A stretch of DNA of 64,000 bases, taken from NCBI RefSeq assembly GCF_036321535.1, contig NC_087445.1:14012001-14076000 (forward strand), read 5' to 3'. The notes below the pieces were generated by a model. The model saw nothing but the letters and a program-made list of their open reading frames with translations. It did no database searches and was not told the DNA's origin. Shown piece by piece: positions 36,071-47,259 of this stretch. This stretch comes from Camelus dromedarius (Eukaryota). A program made the position numbers and the translations under genes. Within the stretch, counting starts at the first letter, position 1. Every line of letters begins with the position of its first letter.

Positions 36071-39000
36071 CCATAGTATTAATTTGGTTAGAAATGTAAT
36101 GTCCTCTGTGGGATGTTAGTATCTGGTCATATAATCCTGTCTGATGACCTTCTCGGGATAAAAGAATCATGCATGATTTCAGATGGGAAATAGAATAGAG
36201 GGTGACTTGTGGACCTGGTTCCCAGAATAGCTTTGGGATAAATTTAAGTGTTACTTTGATGGATTTACAGAGATGTCTGAGGTAAGATCAAAGAGACCTT
36301 GAGGCACCAAATAGCCCATCTCATTGGTTCTAGAAGCCATGGCAATATTTAGTCAAGCAGTCTTGGGAAGGTGCTGGCAGGACTCTTGTGATACCTTTGA
36401 TTATCTCCCTCAAGGGGGAACAGCACCACCTCTGACTGACCCCAGGCCTGGCTGTTAAGCTCTTTGATTTAGTTGCACAGAAAAATGTCTGGGGGAGTGT
36501 TGACCATGCACTCTAACCTCTAAGTGTTCTCCCAACTGCCCATCACAACCCTTTAGGGGTCATGAAATCAATTTAGTGGCTCATGAGCACCATTTAAAAA
36601 CAAAAAGAGAAGAGCAAAGTAGAAAGTATGACCAGGTCTCACACAGTATAAGCTGCACTGGCTACAGAATTTGCAGAGCCCAGTCAGTGCACGAAGGAAA
36701 CGTGGGATGCCTTGATCAAAAAGTAGGAAAAAAAGCGTTGTTAAAGGTATTCAAATATAAGGTTTTTCCCTATCTTCCACAGTCAAAAAAAAAAAAGCAA
36801 GGCTACTTTTTTATACAAGCCCATGATATAGGTGAAAAATTAAGAGAAAACGTATTGAAGCCCTAATGTCCCAATGAAGAGTGTAATTCAGTGGGGAAGC
36901 TGCAGTATTACTTCATAATTTACTCAAGTTGGGCCTTCTTCACCTTCTTTCTTAAGTTCTAATGTTTTATGCAAATAATCTTGCTGCAAATGCCCTTATA
37001 TGACAGAGATGCAATACTGAATATACCAGAAGTAGGCGGTGCCTGCAACAGCCTGGCCGTTCAGAGTCCAGGGCCGGAACTTGTTCACCGAGCAGCCCTT
37101 TTACTGCCACCTGTATCTGCTCTGTCGGGACACCATTAAGCCATTTAAAAACAGAAGAGAAGGAAAAAAAATTTGAGGCCTCGTCCTTCTTCATAGGGAG
37201 CTAAGTCTGCAGGAATGTAAGATATAACTTTTTCCATTTTTAAATGCTAATGGGATTATTTAGAATTGTTCGAACTTATAAATAGAAGAAGCACTTTATG
37301 CATGGGGATAGGGTTCATTAGTTTTTTTAAGAAACAATGACAAACCCTTTAATTTGCAAACAATATCCAAAAAAAAAAAATCACTAATGTTGAAAACTCC
37401 GGGGGGGGGGGGAATAAACCCAACCATTAAGCAGTTTGTCTATTTTTATACAATTACAAAAAAAAAATGGCCAAAAAAGTCCTTATTGCCCTCCCCCTTT
37501 TTGGTGATGTGATTGTACATGAGACAGGCACAAAATTAAGCCAGGGAGATTATGGGGGGTAATGGGAACCACAGCTGGGACCAGACAATGTCTCACAGGC
37601 AAGGGGAGCCCAAAAGATGAGGGGTCTGATTGACACTAACAGGGAAATTCATACATGAAGATAAATTACAAGGAAAAGGAGGAGTTTTCAGCATTTTGCT
37701 TTGAAATGCATTTTGTAAGTCAAGCTTACTATGATTTCTGGAAATTCTTGATTGAAATCTAGGTTCCCTCTAGGAGGCTGTATATTTTATTATAGGTTTG
37801 CATGGGGTGTTTTTGTTTTGTTTTAATCAGAAAACAAATTATGTTTTGGTAAAGCCCATGTAAAGGGAGTCACATTTTAGAGGGAAGGAGAGAACCACGT
37901 TCATTTATAAAACATGTAGTGTTAGGCATGCAGACAAAGAAAGGAATGTGTGTGAGTACGGCTTAGATAGTTGAAAAGGCTCTATTTCTCAAATAATGGT
38001 ATAAAAATCTAAAGCTTAGGTTTAGTATAGAAACTTAAGGAAACATTGGAAATTAAAAATCTTTGGAAATTATATTATGTAATATCATCTCTATTTACAA
38101 TTTAATATCAACATGATGTTTTTGGTTTTTACTTACAAATCTATTTACTATAATTTTCTATAAATTGGTTTATAGAACATAGAACCTGTTTACCAAAGGA
38201 AAGACAAACTCAAATTAATGCCTGTTCCTTGTTTTTTTTTTTTTAATTTAATTTTATTTTATTATTTTATTTGTTGGAAGAAAGGAGGCGGTGGTAGAAA
38301 AATGTTAAGTTTCTTGTTTGTAAAATGTTGATAAACAGAAATTGTGGAACTTCACACTTCAGCCAATATATATAACATATTAATTCTCTAAAACCCATAA
38401 TAGACACTATATTAGTTAAGGTGTAGATAGGAGGAGGGTTCTATGAATGTATGTGGGTGTGACAGTAACACATGGAGACCAAGGCAGGTCTTGTCAAATA
38501 TCTGTCTCATTTATCAACTACTACTGATCTTTCTACACCCACTGTAGCCTCTAAGTAAAAGTGTTAAAAATAGCCAAACCAACGAAAATGCCAAGTTACA
38601 AGAACAGAAAGACTAAAATGTAACCCTAGCTCCTCTGGTTCAACTAAGTAAAAGCAAAAGAAGGTGAGAGAAGGTCCCTGGCCCCATGAATTGGTCTGTC
38701 TGGCCCTCTTTCTTTTCTTGTGGTCAACATTTCTCTTGCTACCCTGATGATAAGTACATGAAGGGCTAAGTTTCCCAATGACAGTCTCAGCATGAACACT
38801 TTGAGTTCTATTACATCCCCACACCACACTCAGGCACATCTCTATTACATCAGCAAATCCACTTCCAGGATTTGGTTTCTGTCATCTGGACCACAGCCTG
38901 TTTCCCATCTGCAGAGAGTCAGGGGTCTGAGGGAGAAGGTGGCTATGATAGCCCTCTGTAATCAGTATCTGTAATAAGGGCACACTTTTGAGTGGTACCA

Positions 39001-39659
39001 TTGGGCTAGCAGAGGGGATAAAGTTTTCAGCAAATTAGCAAAGGGGTCAGACACTCCCTACGGCTCTAAAAGGCAAGATATCTAAGAGGGTTGTTGTCAA
39101 CATAGTGCCCTGGACAAATCTCATAAACATGGTTTAATGGAAAGAGTTTTTTTTTAGTGTGATCAGCTTTGTCTTGAATCACATAACTTTGTGACCCCCA
39201 AATAAGAAACTTGGAGCTTCATTTTTCTCATCTCTGCAATAGAGATTAACTCGTTCATTCAGTACCTGCTTATTAAACACCTGCATGGTGACACATCTCG
39301 TGCTAAGTGCTGAAGACATAGAATTGCGAGTAGTAGACCCTCAACAACTGGTAACTGATGTTAAGCACAAACTGTATAGTACTTGGCTGCCTTTTCTCCC
39401 CCGTGGCTATTGTTAATCAATAGTTGTTTATGTTTTATTGAACATTTGTTCTGTGGCTAGCTGTTGAAAAAATAATGATAATAATAGTAATTATTATTAT
39501 TATTACAATACAAAAGCAGGAGCCAAAGTTCCCAATTATGTAAGTAGCTCATAGCCTAGCTGAGAAGATATAATCAGCTCTGAAAGTGGAGAGTAGCTCC
39601 AACTCCTTCCTGCCTTTGATATTTACATCTCTGCTCTTGAAAAATAACCAACATCCAGT

Positions 39660-39766
39660 TCCAGTAGAGGCCTATTGTATCAGAATCTAAGGGTGAGACC
39701 CGGACATCAGTTTATCTTTAAATCCTCCAGGTGATCCTAATTTGCAGCCAGAGTTGAGAATCACTG
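39660..39766 (+). mobile_element. MER5 (hAT) 3' half
   Basis: gtatcagaatctaagggtgagacccgg...ctccaggtgatcctaatttgcagccagagttgagaatcactg. Confidence 0.8.
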
Positions 39767-40059
39767 GTCTAACCGTTGGCTAACGCTGACACTGGCCACA
39801 GTGCCGTGGTGATAAATATGACCTGAACTGTAGCAAACCGTATTAGCCCAGGAGGGAACTCAGAACTTAGCACCATCAGGAAAGGCTTCAGACTCTTTGA
39901 AGTTGGAATTAGCACTTTAATAATTTGACCAGATTTGGTTTCAATGCTATTCATTTTCATAGAAATAGAGTTATATAAATATCACTTATTAAATCATATA
40001 CAGTTAAAATTCTTTAGAAAATGCATGCTCACAAAACTAACGTCTGCTCTGCCATCGTG

Positions 40060-40525
40060 TATCACCTCGCTTTCTCCTTAAGGTTCTGGCTTTATCTCTT
40101 CTGATCTCCCCTTGCACCATGAGATCTGGCCGTACTCAGCTGCCGGCAGCTCCGGAGTTGGTCACGTTCTCTCTCTAGCTCCTTGTCTAGGTTGTTGGTA
40201 CTGCCAGATCCACTCGCTCCACCTCCCTGTCATCTAATTCCTCTCCTTCCTCCAGGACTTAGTGTAGACATCATTTGCCCTGCTAAATCTTTCCTGACCC
40301 CGCATCAAGTTATGGAGCCTTCCTGTGACTCCCAAGACACCTTACCTTTCCCCTCTCCAGGCCTTATCACATGGTCTAGCTTACTTTTTGCTCTGTACTC
40401 CTCCCTGGACTATAAGTTTTATGAGAACAGGAAGCCCACTCTTATTAGTTACCATTTTATCCCCATTTTCTACGTAGTGCCAAGCGTGTAGTAGATGCTT
40501 AAATATCTGTTGAATTTGTTTGAAT
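40060..40525 (+). mobile_element. L2 3' region
   Basis: Pyrimidine-rich L2 body ending ggactataagttttatgagaacagg...gtagtgccaagc...gtagatgcttaaatatctgttgaat. Confidence 0.8.
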
Positions 40526-41774
40526 ACAGATGTTTATGCACATACACAGTTAAGTAAACTATGCATGGGTTATCTTGCAAGCCCCAGTAACTTTCCCGTA
40601 AAATTTCTGTATAATTGCTGTTTTCCTCTGAGGAAACCCTTCCACGCCAGGTTTTATACGCTTGAGAATTAATAGATGTCCCTTCTCCCCACTTATCTTG
40701 GCCTCTTTGGGCTTTAATTCATTGTCTGTAATTGTGATGACCTTCCTGTCAGAAAGCTTGGGAGTGAATAGCAGGCTCTTTTCAGCTATGAGAGCTACGA
40801 ATTCTCAGCCTCATCCTTGAGGACACGTACCGCAAGTTCACATGAGAGATTCATTCTGTGAAATTAGGTGTCCGCCATTGCACGTGGTAGAGAACTTCCT
40901 GGGCTGTACTGAGCCTTCTCTGGCAGATGGTGCTAAAGGCCGTCCTGGAGTATCTCTGGGAAATGGCGTCCTCAGTAGTGAGAACCAGAAGTCCCAGAAC
41001 TATGCTGTTCTCGGAAGCCCCCAAATTCCCTGCAGTGGATTCTGCCTCCTACGCGTGAGATGTGAGCAGTGTGCTTTGTGTTGAAGCGGAAACAATGCTG
41101 TTCAAATGATAGCCTGATAAACTAGTCGTTACTTCTAATTGCTGGTATTAGGACTTTGCGTTTCCATTCTCCAGGATTATTGTTGTTTTCATTATGAAGC
41201 AGCTCTCAGACTTGCAGTACTTTCCAACTTTGTCAAAGATCAAGTTGCCCTATGAGTATATTTGGGCTGTCTTTTCCAGAATTCATGTGTTTATTGCTCA
41301 GTTCACTGCCGAGAACTGCCTGCTTCTTTAATGAATTAAAATTTAAATCTGGAGCACTGGCTGGGCCCAATTCACCCGCTGCTGACGCAAAGCTCCTCAG
41401 CCTTATCAAAGCGGTAAGAGCTCAGAGAGCACAGTGCAAGAGGCAACCCCAACTGTATAATGAGAGAGAGGACACACGGAATTTGAGGCAGTGCCTACAA
41501 TGCCCAGGGCAATTGGGATTTTGAGTATTTTATACTTATTTTTATTGTTAGGTACAAGAAATTCCAACACTTTGCAAACTTTGTCCCGCAGACTCTCTTG
41601 TATAATCTTAGACAGACTGTATCTTTTTTGGGGGCAGGAGGAGTTGTATTTAGGTTCCCTGAAAAGGTACATGTTTATTCTTGATGAGATCTTTGTTTAG
41701 CTACATCACCTTGCCAACTCTTCAAATTCCAGTGATGCTGAGTTACTGGAAAGAAGGATGATGTAGAAGAAAAA

Positions 41775-42035
41775 AAAAGTGCTTTGGAATTGGAAAGATT
41801 ATGTTAGAATTTATCTATAACACTAGGCAAGGTTTGAAATCTTATCAAAGCTCCCTTTGAGGTTTATTATGAAGATTGAATGAGATCGTAAATGAAGTTT
41901 GAATGAGATCATGGAGTTGTAATCAGCTCCAGAAGGCAGAGGTCTACATCTGTTTCATTCAGCGCTGTATCTCCAGTGCCTAGAATAGTGCCCTGTGCAT
42001 ACTTTTCACTTAATAAATACATTTTGGATAAATGA
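41775..42035 (+). mobile_element. MIR fragment followed by an L2 3' end
   Basis: ctaggcaagg...gaagattgaatgagat (MIR); gaaggcagagg...ctgtatctccagtgcctagaatagtgcc...aataaatac (L2). Confidence 0.7.
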
Positions 42036-42712
42036 ATATAATATATGCAAAATATCAGCCATACTGTGTGGTTCATAGGAGTGTTCAGTAAATGGAAGTT
42101 GCCAGGATTATTTCCAGAATTAATGGGAGACAGGAAAAATCGACTCAGTTGACACAATTTCAGGATGTAGAATGCTGTGGAGAGACGCTTTGAAAATGGA
42201 TTATCTTTTCTGCAGAAGACTGAGGATTTGTCATATGTCTTATGAAATTGTCCCAGTAACGTGTCTGAGTGTATCCTTTCTTATGGGCTCAGTCTTCCCA
42301 TTGGAGAAAACAAAATCTACACTGTCTGATTGTGCAGAGCTATGACATCAATGGTGTCTGTTTCCATGATGCCCCAGAATGTGGCTCACGTAATTGTCAC
42401 AGCCAGAAGTCTTCCAAAATAAAGGTTTTCACACACTATCATATGTTGGAAAATAAAAGCATGGAGAAAATCTTGGAAGAAGGGTTAAGCTAAAAACAGA
42501 GCTTGGTTTCATCCTTCTTATGTTTCTTCTACACTTGTTACTGATGTGACAGCATTCAGATGTTCAAATTGGATTTTAGATGAAGGAAGAAAGAATGATA
42601 AAATGAATATAAATCTAAAATCACCAAATTTGTACATTCTGCTGCATTCACACATGTATTCATATCCATATGTATTCATAATATCTATATATATGAAATA
42701 TATAAATATTTT

Positions 42713-42859
42713 GTTTTTAGGGTTTTTTTGTATATATATATTTTTTATTGAAATATAGTCAGTTTACAATGTTGTGTCAATTTTGATATCACTTATATGC
42801 AGAATCTAAAAAAGTTCCTTTGTCTTTTTTATTTGCAAAACAGAAACAGACTCTAAGAC
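42713..42859 (-). mobile_element. Short 5'-inverted L1 with 9-bp TSD
   Basis: Antisense L1 terminus (ttttttattgaaatatagtcagtttacaatgttgtgtc) is joined head-to-head to sense L1 (atatcacttatatgcagaatctaaaaaa...caaaacagaaacagactc). AAATATTTT occurs at 42704-42712 and 42860-42868. Confidence 0.8.
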
Positions 42860-43289
42860 AAATATTTTAAATAAGTTACAGACATCATGGCATGTTACCT
42901 ATTTAACTACTTCAGTGTCTAGAAGTCTTTTCTGCATAACCACAATAGCATTAGTATACATAAGACATTTAATAGTGATATGATATTATTTTCTTTATGG
43001 CCTATAGGCAGAATTTTCCAATTATCATCTTCCTGTTCTTTGAACTACTCTTCTGCAGTGGGGGTTACTATTAACCAGCCAGTGATCATACGTTGCATTT
43101 AGTTGTCATGCCTCTTTAGTGTCCTTAAACATTGAACTTGATCACATTTTTAAAAAAATCTTTCACAATATTAATACTTTTGAAGAGTTTTGTTTTGCAG
43201 AATATCCCCTAATTGGAATTTGACAGATTATTTCCTGATGATTAGACATTAAGTTGCTTTTGTTAAGAATCCAGCTAGGTGGCTTTATA

Positions 43290-44060
43290 CAGCCAAGCTG
43301 TATTTTATTCATCTTTATTTTTATGTCTTTCCTACCAGCATGTGAGCTCCTTACAGAGAGGGGCCGTGTCTCATTCACCTTTGTAACCTCGGGACTCAGG
43401 AGTGCCTGGCACATGGGGGTGCCCAATAACTCATCCTCTTCCTCCAACCTGTTCCTTCTTTTCATTTAGTTCCTGTACTCTCATCAGCTCAACTACCCAT
43501 AGTAAGCCAGTTATGCTTTTTGGGGGTGGGGGGTAATTAGGTTTGTTTGTTTATTTTTAATGCAGGTACTGGGGATTGAACCTAGGACCTCATGCATGCT
43601 GAACAGGCACTCTACCACTGAGCTGTACCCTCCCCCAGGAAGCTAGTTCTGCTTGACATCTCACTTTTGTCTCCTTTTTCTCCCACGTCTAGGCAATCAC
43701 AAAGCCCTCTCTGTTACACCTGCTTGAATATTCCTTCATTTTCATTTCAGTGTTAGGCCTTCAGCATCCTCTCCAGAAGGATTAGAGCAGCCCACAAACT
43801 GACCTTCTTACTGCTAGTCTCAGCCCTCAAATCCAGCTTCTAGCCAGTTTTCAGGGCGACCCATTTAAAAAGCAAACCTGGCTATGTTGCTTTCCTGATG
43901 AAAATCCTTCAGAGACATCAGTGACTTTCGGTAAGAGGTCCAGGCTTTTTAGCCTAATAAAGAAGCCCTCCGTGATCTGATTGTCTCCTACCTGCTATCT
44001 CATCCTGCCTTGTACCTCTTGTTCCAGTAGCACTGAGACCTTGAAATAGCATTAGTCGCC
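43290..44060 (+). mobile_element. L2 fragments, interrupted by a SINE
   Basis: tgtgagctccttacagagag...gagtgcctggcacat; later aaagcaaacctggctatgtt...aagccctccgtgatctg. Confidence 0.7.
43519..43639 (-). mobile_element. tRNA-Ala-derived SINE (Vic-1 type), long form
   Basis: Minus strand reads GGGGGAGGGTACAGCTCAGTGGTAGAG...GGTTCAATCCCCAGTACC...AAACCTAATTACCCCCC. 15-bp TSD aagccagttatgctt/aagctagttctgctt with two mismatches. Confidence 0.92.
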
Positions 44061-44084
44061 CTCCTTTGCTGAGGGCCGGCCACG

Positions 44085-44260
44085 TGTCAGGTGTGATAGT
44101 GCCTCCTTTACATCCATGATCTCATCTAACCCTTACGTCAGTTTGTGAAGTAGGTGGAGTTACTGGCATTTTGTAGATGAGGAGATGATTTGCATTCTCA
44201 GCTAATACGTGACAGAAGCAGGAATTAAACATGATCCTGAAGTTCTTGCCATTTCCACCC
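44085..44260 (-). mobile_element. MIR SINE fragment
   Basis: gatctcatctaaccc...gaagtagg...cattttgtagatgaggag. Confidence 0.7.
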
Positions 44261-44379
44261 CCAAGGTTGTCTCCACTCACTGTACTATTTCTTGCCTTCA
44301 TGCCTACTCTCTGCGTGTAACCTTTCCCCCAGCCACTTAATCCTTCTTGCCTCGCTAACTCTACTAATCAAACTCTGAG

Positions 44380-44605
44380 CTAGTATCTTTTATTACCTCT
44401 TGTGTTGTTTGATACCACCTTAGTACTTTTAAAATATCCTGGTGTAACTCTAGTGCTCTACGTACATTATAATTTAGTGATCACTTTATATGTCTGTATT
44501 TCCACTAGACCACCAGGGCTGAGACCATGCTGTGTCTTTCTTATATATCCAGTGGAGGGTCAAAGTAACAACTCAGTAAACACTGCTGGATGTTGATCGA
44601 CCACA
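44380..44605 (+). mobile_element. L2 3' end
   Basis: tgtctgtatttccactagacc...gggctgagaccatgctgtgtc...actcagtaaacactgctggatg. Confidence 0.7.
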
Positions 44606-44999
44606 GAGCTCTTGATGCTGCCATGTTACACACTGCTGACTTGTATAAAGACTTTGTGTACACTTAGCAAATTTCCAGACACAAATTTTCAGTTATCTCA
44701 AAAGAGATAACTAAGTTGTGTGACAGAACCAGAATTCAATATGATCTTTAATTTATACAGGAAACAGAATATAAAACTTTTCAAGAATAATGCTTAAATG
44801 ATGATTTAAAATTAATATATATCTCCTCTAATACTGTTAGCCCGTTTTGCATTGTGCATACACTGCATTTACTTTGTTACACTCAGGATAGAATACATCC
44901 TGTGTGCATGTAAAATGCAAAAAGAAAAATGCATGCGTGTTGCTATTTTCATTGATTGTAGTGTCTTAAACATGTCTACATATTCTATGTAATTGTCAT

Positions 45000-46200
45000 C
45001 TTAATTACTACACAGTATCTTGCAGAGCTGATTTTATTAAATCTATCCCTCTAATCTTGAATATTTATGCTTTTTTCAGTCTTTTGGAATCAGAAAGCGA
45101 TTTTGTGCATACGTTTTTGTTTCTGCTGAACTATGTCAGAAGGAGGAATTCTGAAGCCTAAAATTTGGATCAGAGTATATACATCTTTATTAGTCTTAAT
45201 ATATTGCCTTCCAAAAAGGATAAATCAGTTTAAATGATCATTATACATAAATGAAAATAACAGGTTCCTTAAACATTCACCAGCAATGGGTACCATTTTT
45301 TACATTTATTGGCTACTTTAGTAGGTCATTAAAGGTATCTCCGGGCTCCATCAAAGGTGGTCTTTTCCCCTGTGTTTCTTTATTACTGATATTTTTCTAT
45401 ATAATTTTTGTATTCATGTCATGGCTCACTCGATTTTTAGGTCCTTGAGGTTTTCCTTCGGAACGTGAATGAACTCTTCATATATTACAAATGTTAATTT
45501 GCCTGACATTTTCAATACAATTTTTTTCTCCATCAGTTGATGTTATATGGAAAAATTTAATTTACATCATTTTCACTCACAGAGGCTTTCATTTTTTGTG
45601 TACTCAGTGTGGCAGTAGGTCTGTCTGAGTTTCCTTTGTGGATTCTTGAATTATGTAAGGCATAGCTCTAACATTTAGTTTTCTAAATTGTATTTTATAT
45701 ATTATATTTTATTTATGTATTTTTTATCTTAATATAACTTAATAAATAACCCTTCTTTGCTCCTCTACTTGGGAAAACTGACAGCTTTCCACATTATGTT
45801 TTGGGTTTATTTCTAATTTTTACACTTTTTCCTATTCATATGTCTTTCTGTATTTATGCCAGTACCACACAGTTTTAAGTTCTAATACCTTGGTATAAAT
45901 TTAATGTTTGATACGGCTAGATTTTCTTTTCTTTTCTCCTTTTCAGATTGTCTATTATGGCTTTGTCTTTTCTCACATTTTTCATGCAAATTTTGTTGCA
46001 TTTTTAAAAATCACATTGCCATTTTGATTGAAATTTTGCTGTAAATCTCCTTGGGATGAACAAATAGATTTATAATTTCCAGTCTGAGGTTAAAGAATAT
46101 ACCTGTTTATTTTATTTTATTTTTTTAACTTCCAAAAAGGGTTTGTAGGTTTCTATAAAAGACTTCTGCTCTTGTACAGTATAAACCTTAGTGTTTCCGA
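45000..46200 (-). mobile_element. Old L1M (L1ME/L1M4-5-like) ORF2 and 3' remnant
   Basis: attgccttccaaaaagg...cattcaccagcaatggg; tatttatgccagtaccacacagtttt; ccattttgattgaaatt; T-rich antisense L1 composition. Confidence 0.7.
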
Positions 46201-46234
46201 TTGCTTTTAATAAAATGATGATGACTGGCATTTA

Positions 46235-46435
46235 CTATCAGATATTTCTGTTCAGTGTTTTTTGTATAATCTCATGAAAGATCTCTGTAAGGCAGCTGCT
46301 GTTGTCACCACAGTGCCGATGTGGAAGCTGAGGTTTACACTAGTCACCTAATTTGTCCAGGGCCACATGGCTATTAAATGGTAGAGCAATGATTTTCACC
46401 CAGGATGGTCTGGCTCCAAGGCCATGCTTTTAATC
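46235..46435 (-). mobile_element. MIR SINE
   Basis: gaagctgaggttt...taatttgtccagggccacatggct...caggatggtctggctccaaggccatgctttt. Confidence 0.8.
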
Positions 46436-46689
46436 AGCCATCTTATACTTAGTAAACTGGAATTATAAGCTACTAAGGTGACATTTAGCCAGAATTAAGC
46501 AAAATTCCTGTGCTAGAGCCAGTATTTCAAATGGTAAAGAAGAGAAAGATCACTGTCTTCAGAATGTGAAAAAAGAGTTCAGATCTTCTATACAGTATCA
46601 ACTAAGAAAGTGGCACGATTGCATTAAACAAAGCAACGAAACCCAGTTCTTCGTTAATGGAGAGATGATGTCAGTTTATGGAAGGGGGT

Positions 46690-47035
46690 GATACCGGCAG
46701 ATCAGTATCTAGAATGCTGTGTTCTCAGCCGCCTGTTTTGAGAGTGGCCTTTATAACTGCAAGTTTCATCAGGGAGTGATAACATGGTAGATAAAGAGGA
46801 ATTATGCAGAATAAGTGGTTGAAGGATGGAAACTTGTCAACTTGATTAAAAGAAGTCATCCGAAGATCTGTGTAGAGCAGAAGGGAATAGACATGTAGTG
46901 AACAAAGATTTCAAGGAGACAGATTTTGACTCCAGTGAATTCTTAAAGACTTAGTCTGTCCAACAGGGAAACTGGCTTCCTTGCAAGTTAGTAAGTGTCT
47001 CATGCTTGGAACTATTTGAGCAGAGACCAAAGGTT
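46690..47035 (+). mobile_element. L3/CR1 3' end
   Basis: ggagacagattttgactcca...gtctgtccaacagggaaactggcttccttgcaagttagtaag...atttgagcagag. Confidence 0.65.
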
Positions 47036-47079
47036 CCAAAAAAAGTGATTCCTTAATTGCAAAAGAAATTGATGTAGAT

Positions 47080-47259
47080 TAGTGTCTTTTAAAGTGCAAA
47101 TCCAAGAACAGTAGCATCAGCCAGAAACCACAGTTGTTAGAAATACAGATTAGAGAACCCCATCCCAAACTACTAAACCAGAAACTGAGATGAGGCAGCA
47201 GTCTCTTTCAACCACCATCCAGGTGATCCCTGACGCATGCTGAAATTTGAGAATTACTG
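47080..47259 (+). mobile_element. MER5A (hAT MITE), full length
   Basis: agtagcatcagc...ttgttagaaatacagat...ctactaaaccagaaact...ccaggtgatccctgacgcatgctgaaatttgagaattactg. Confidence 0.85.
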
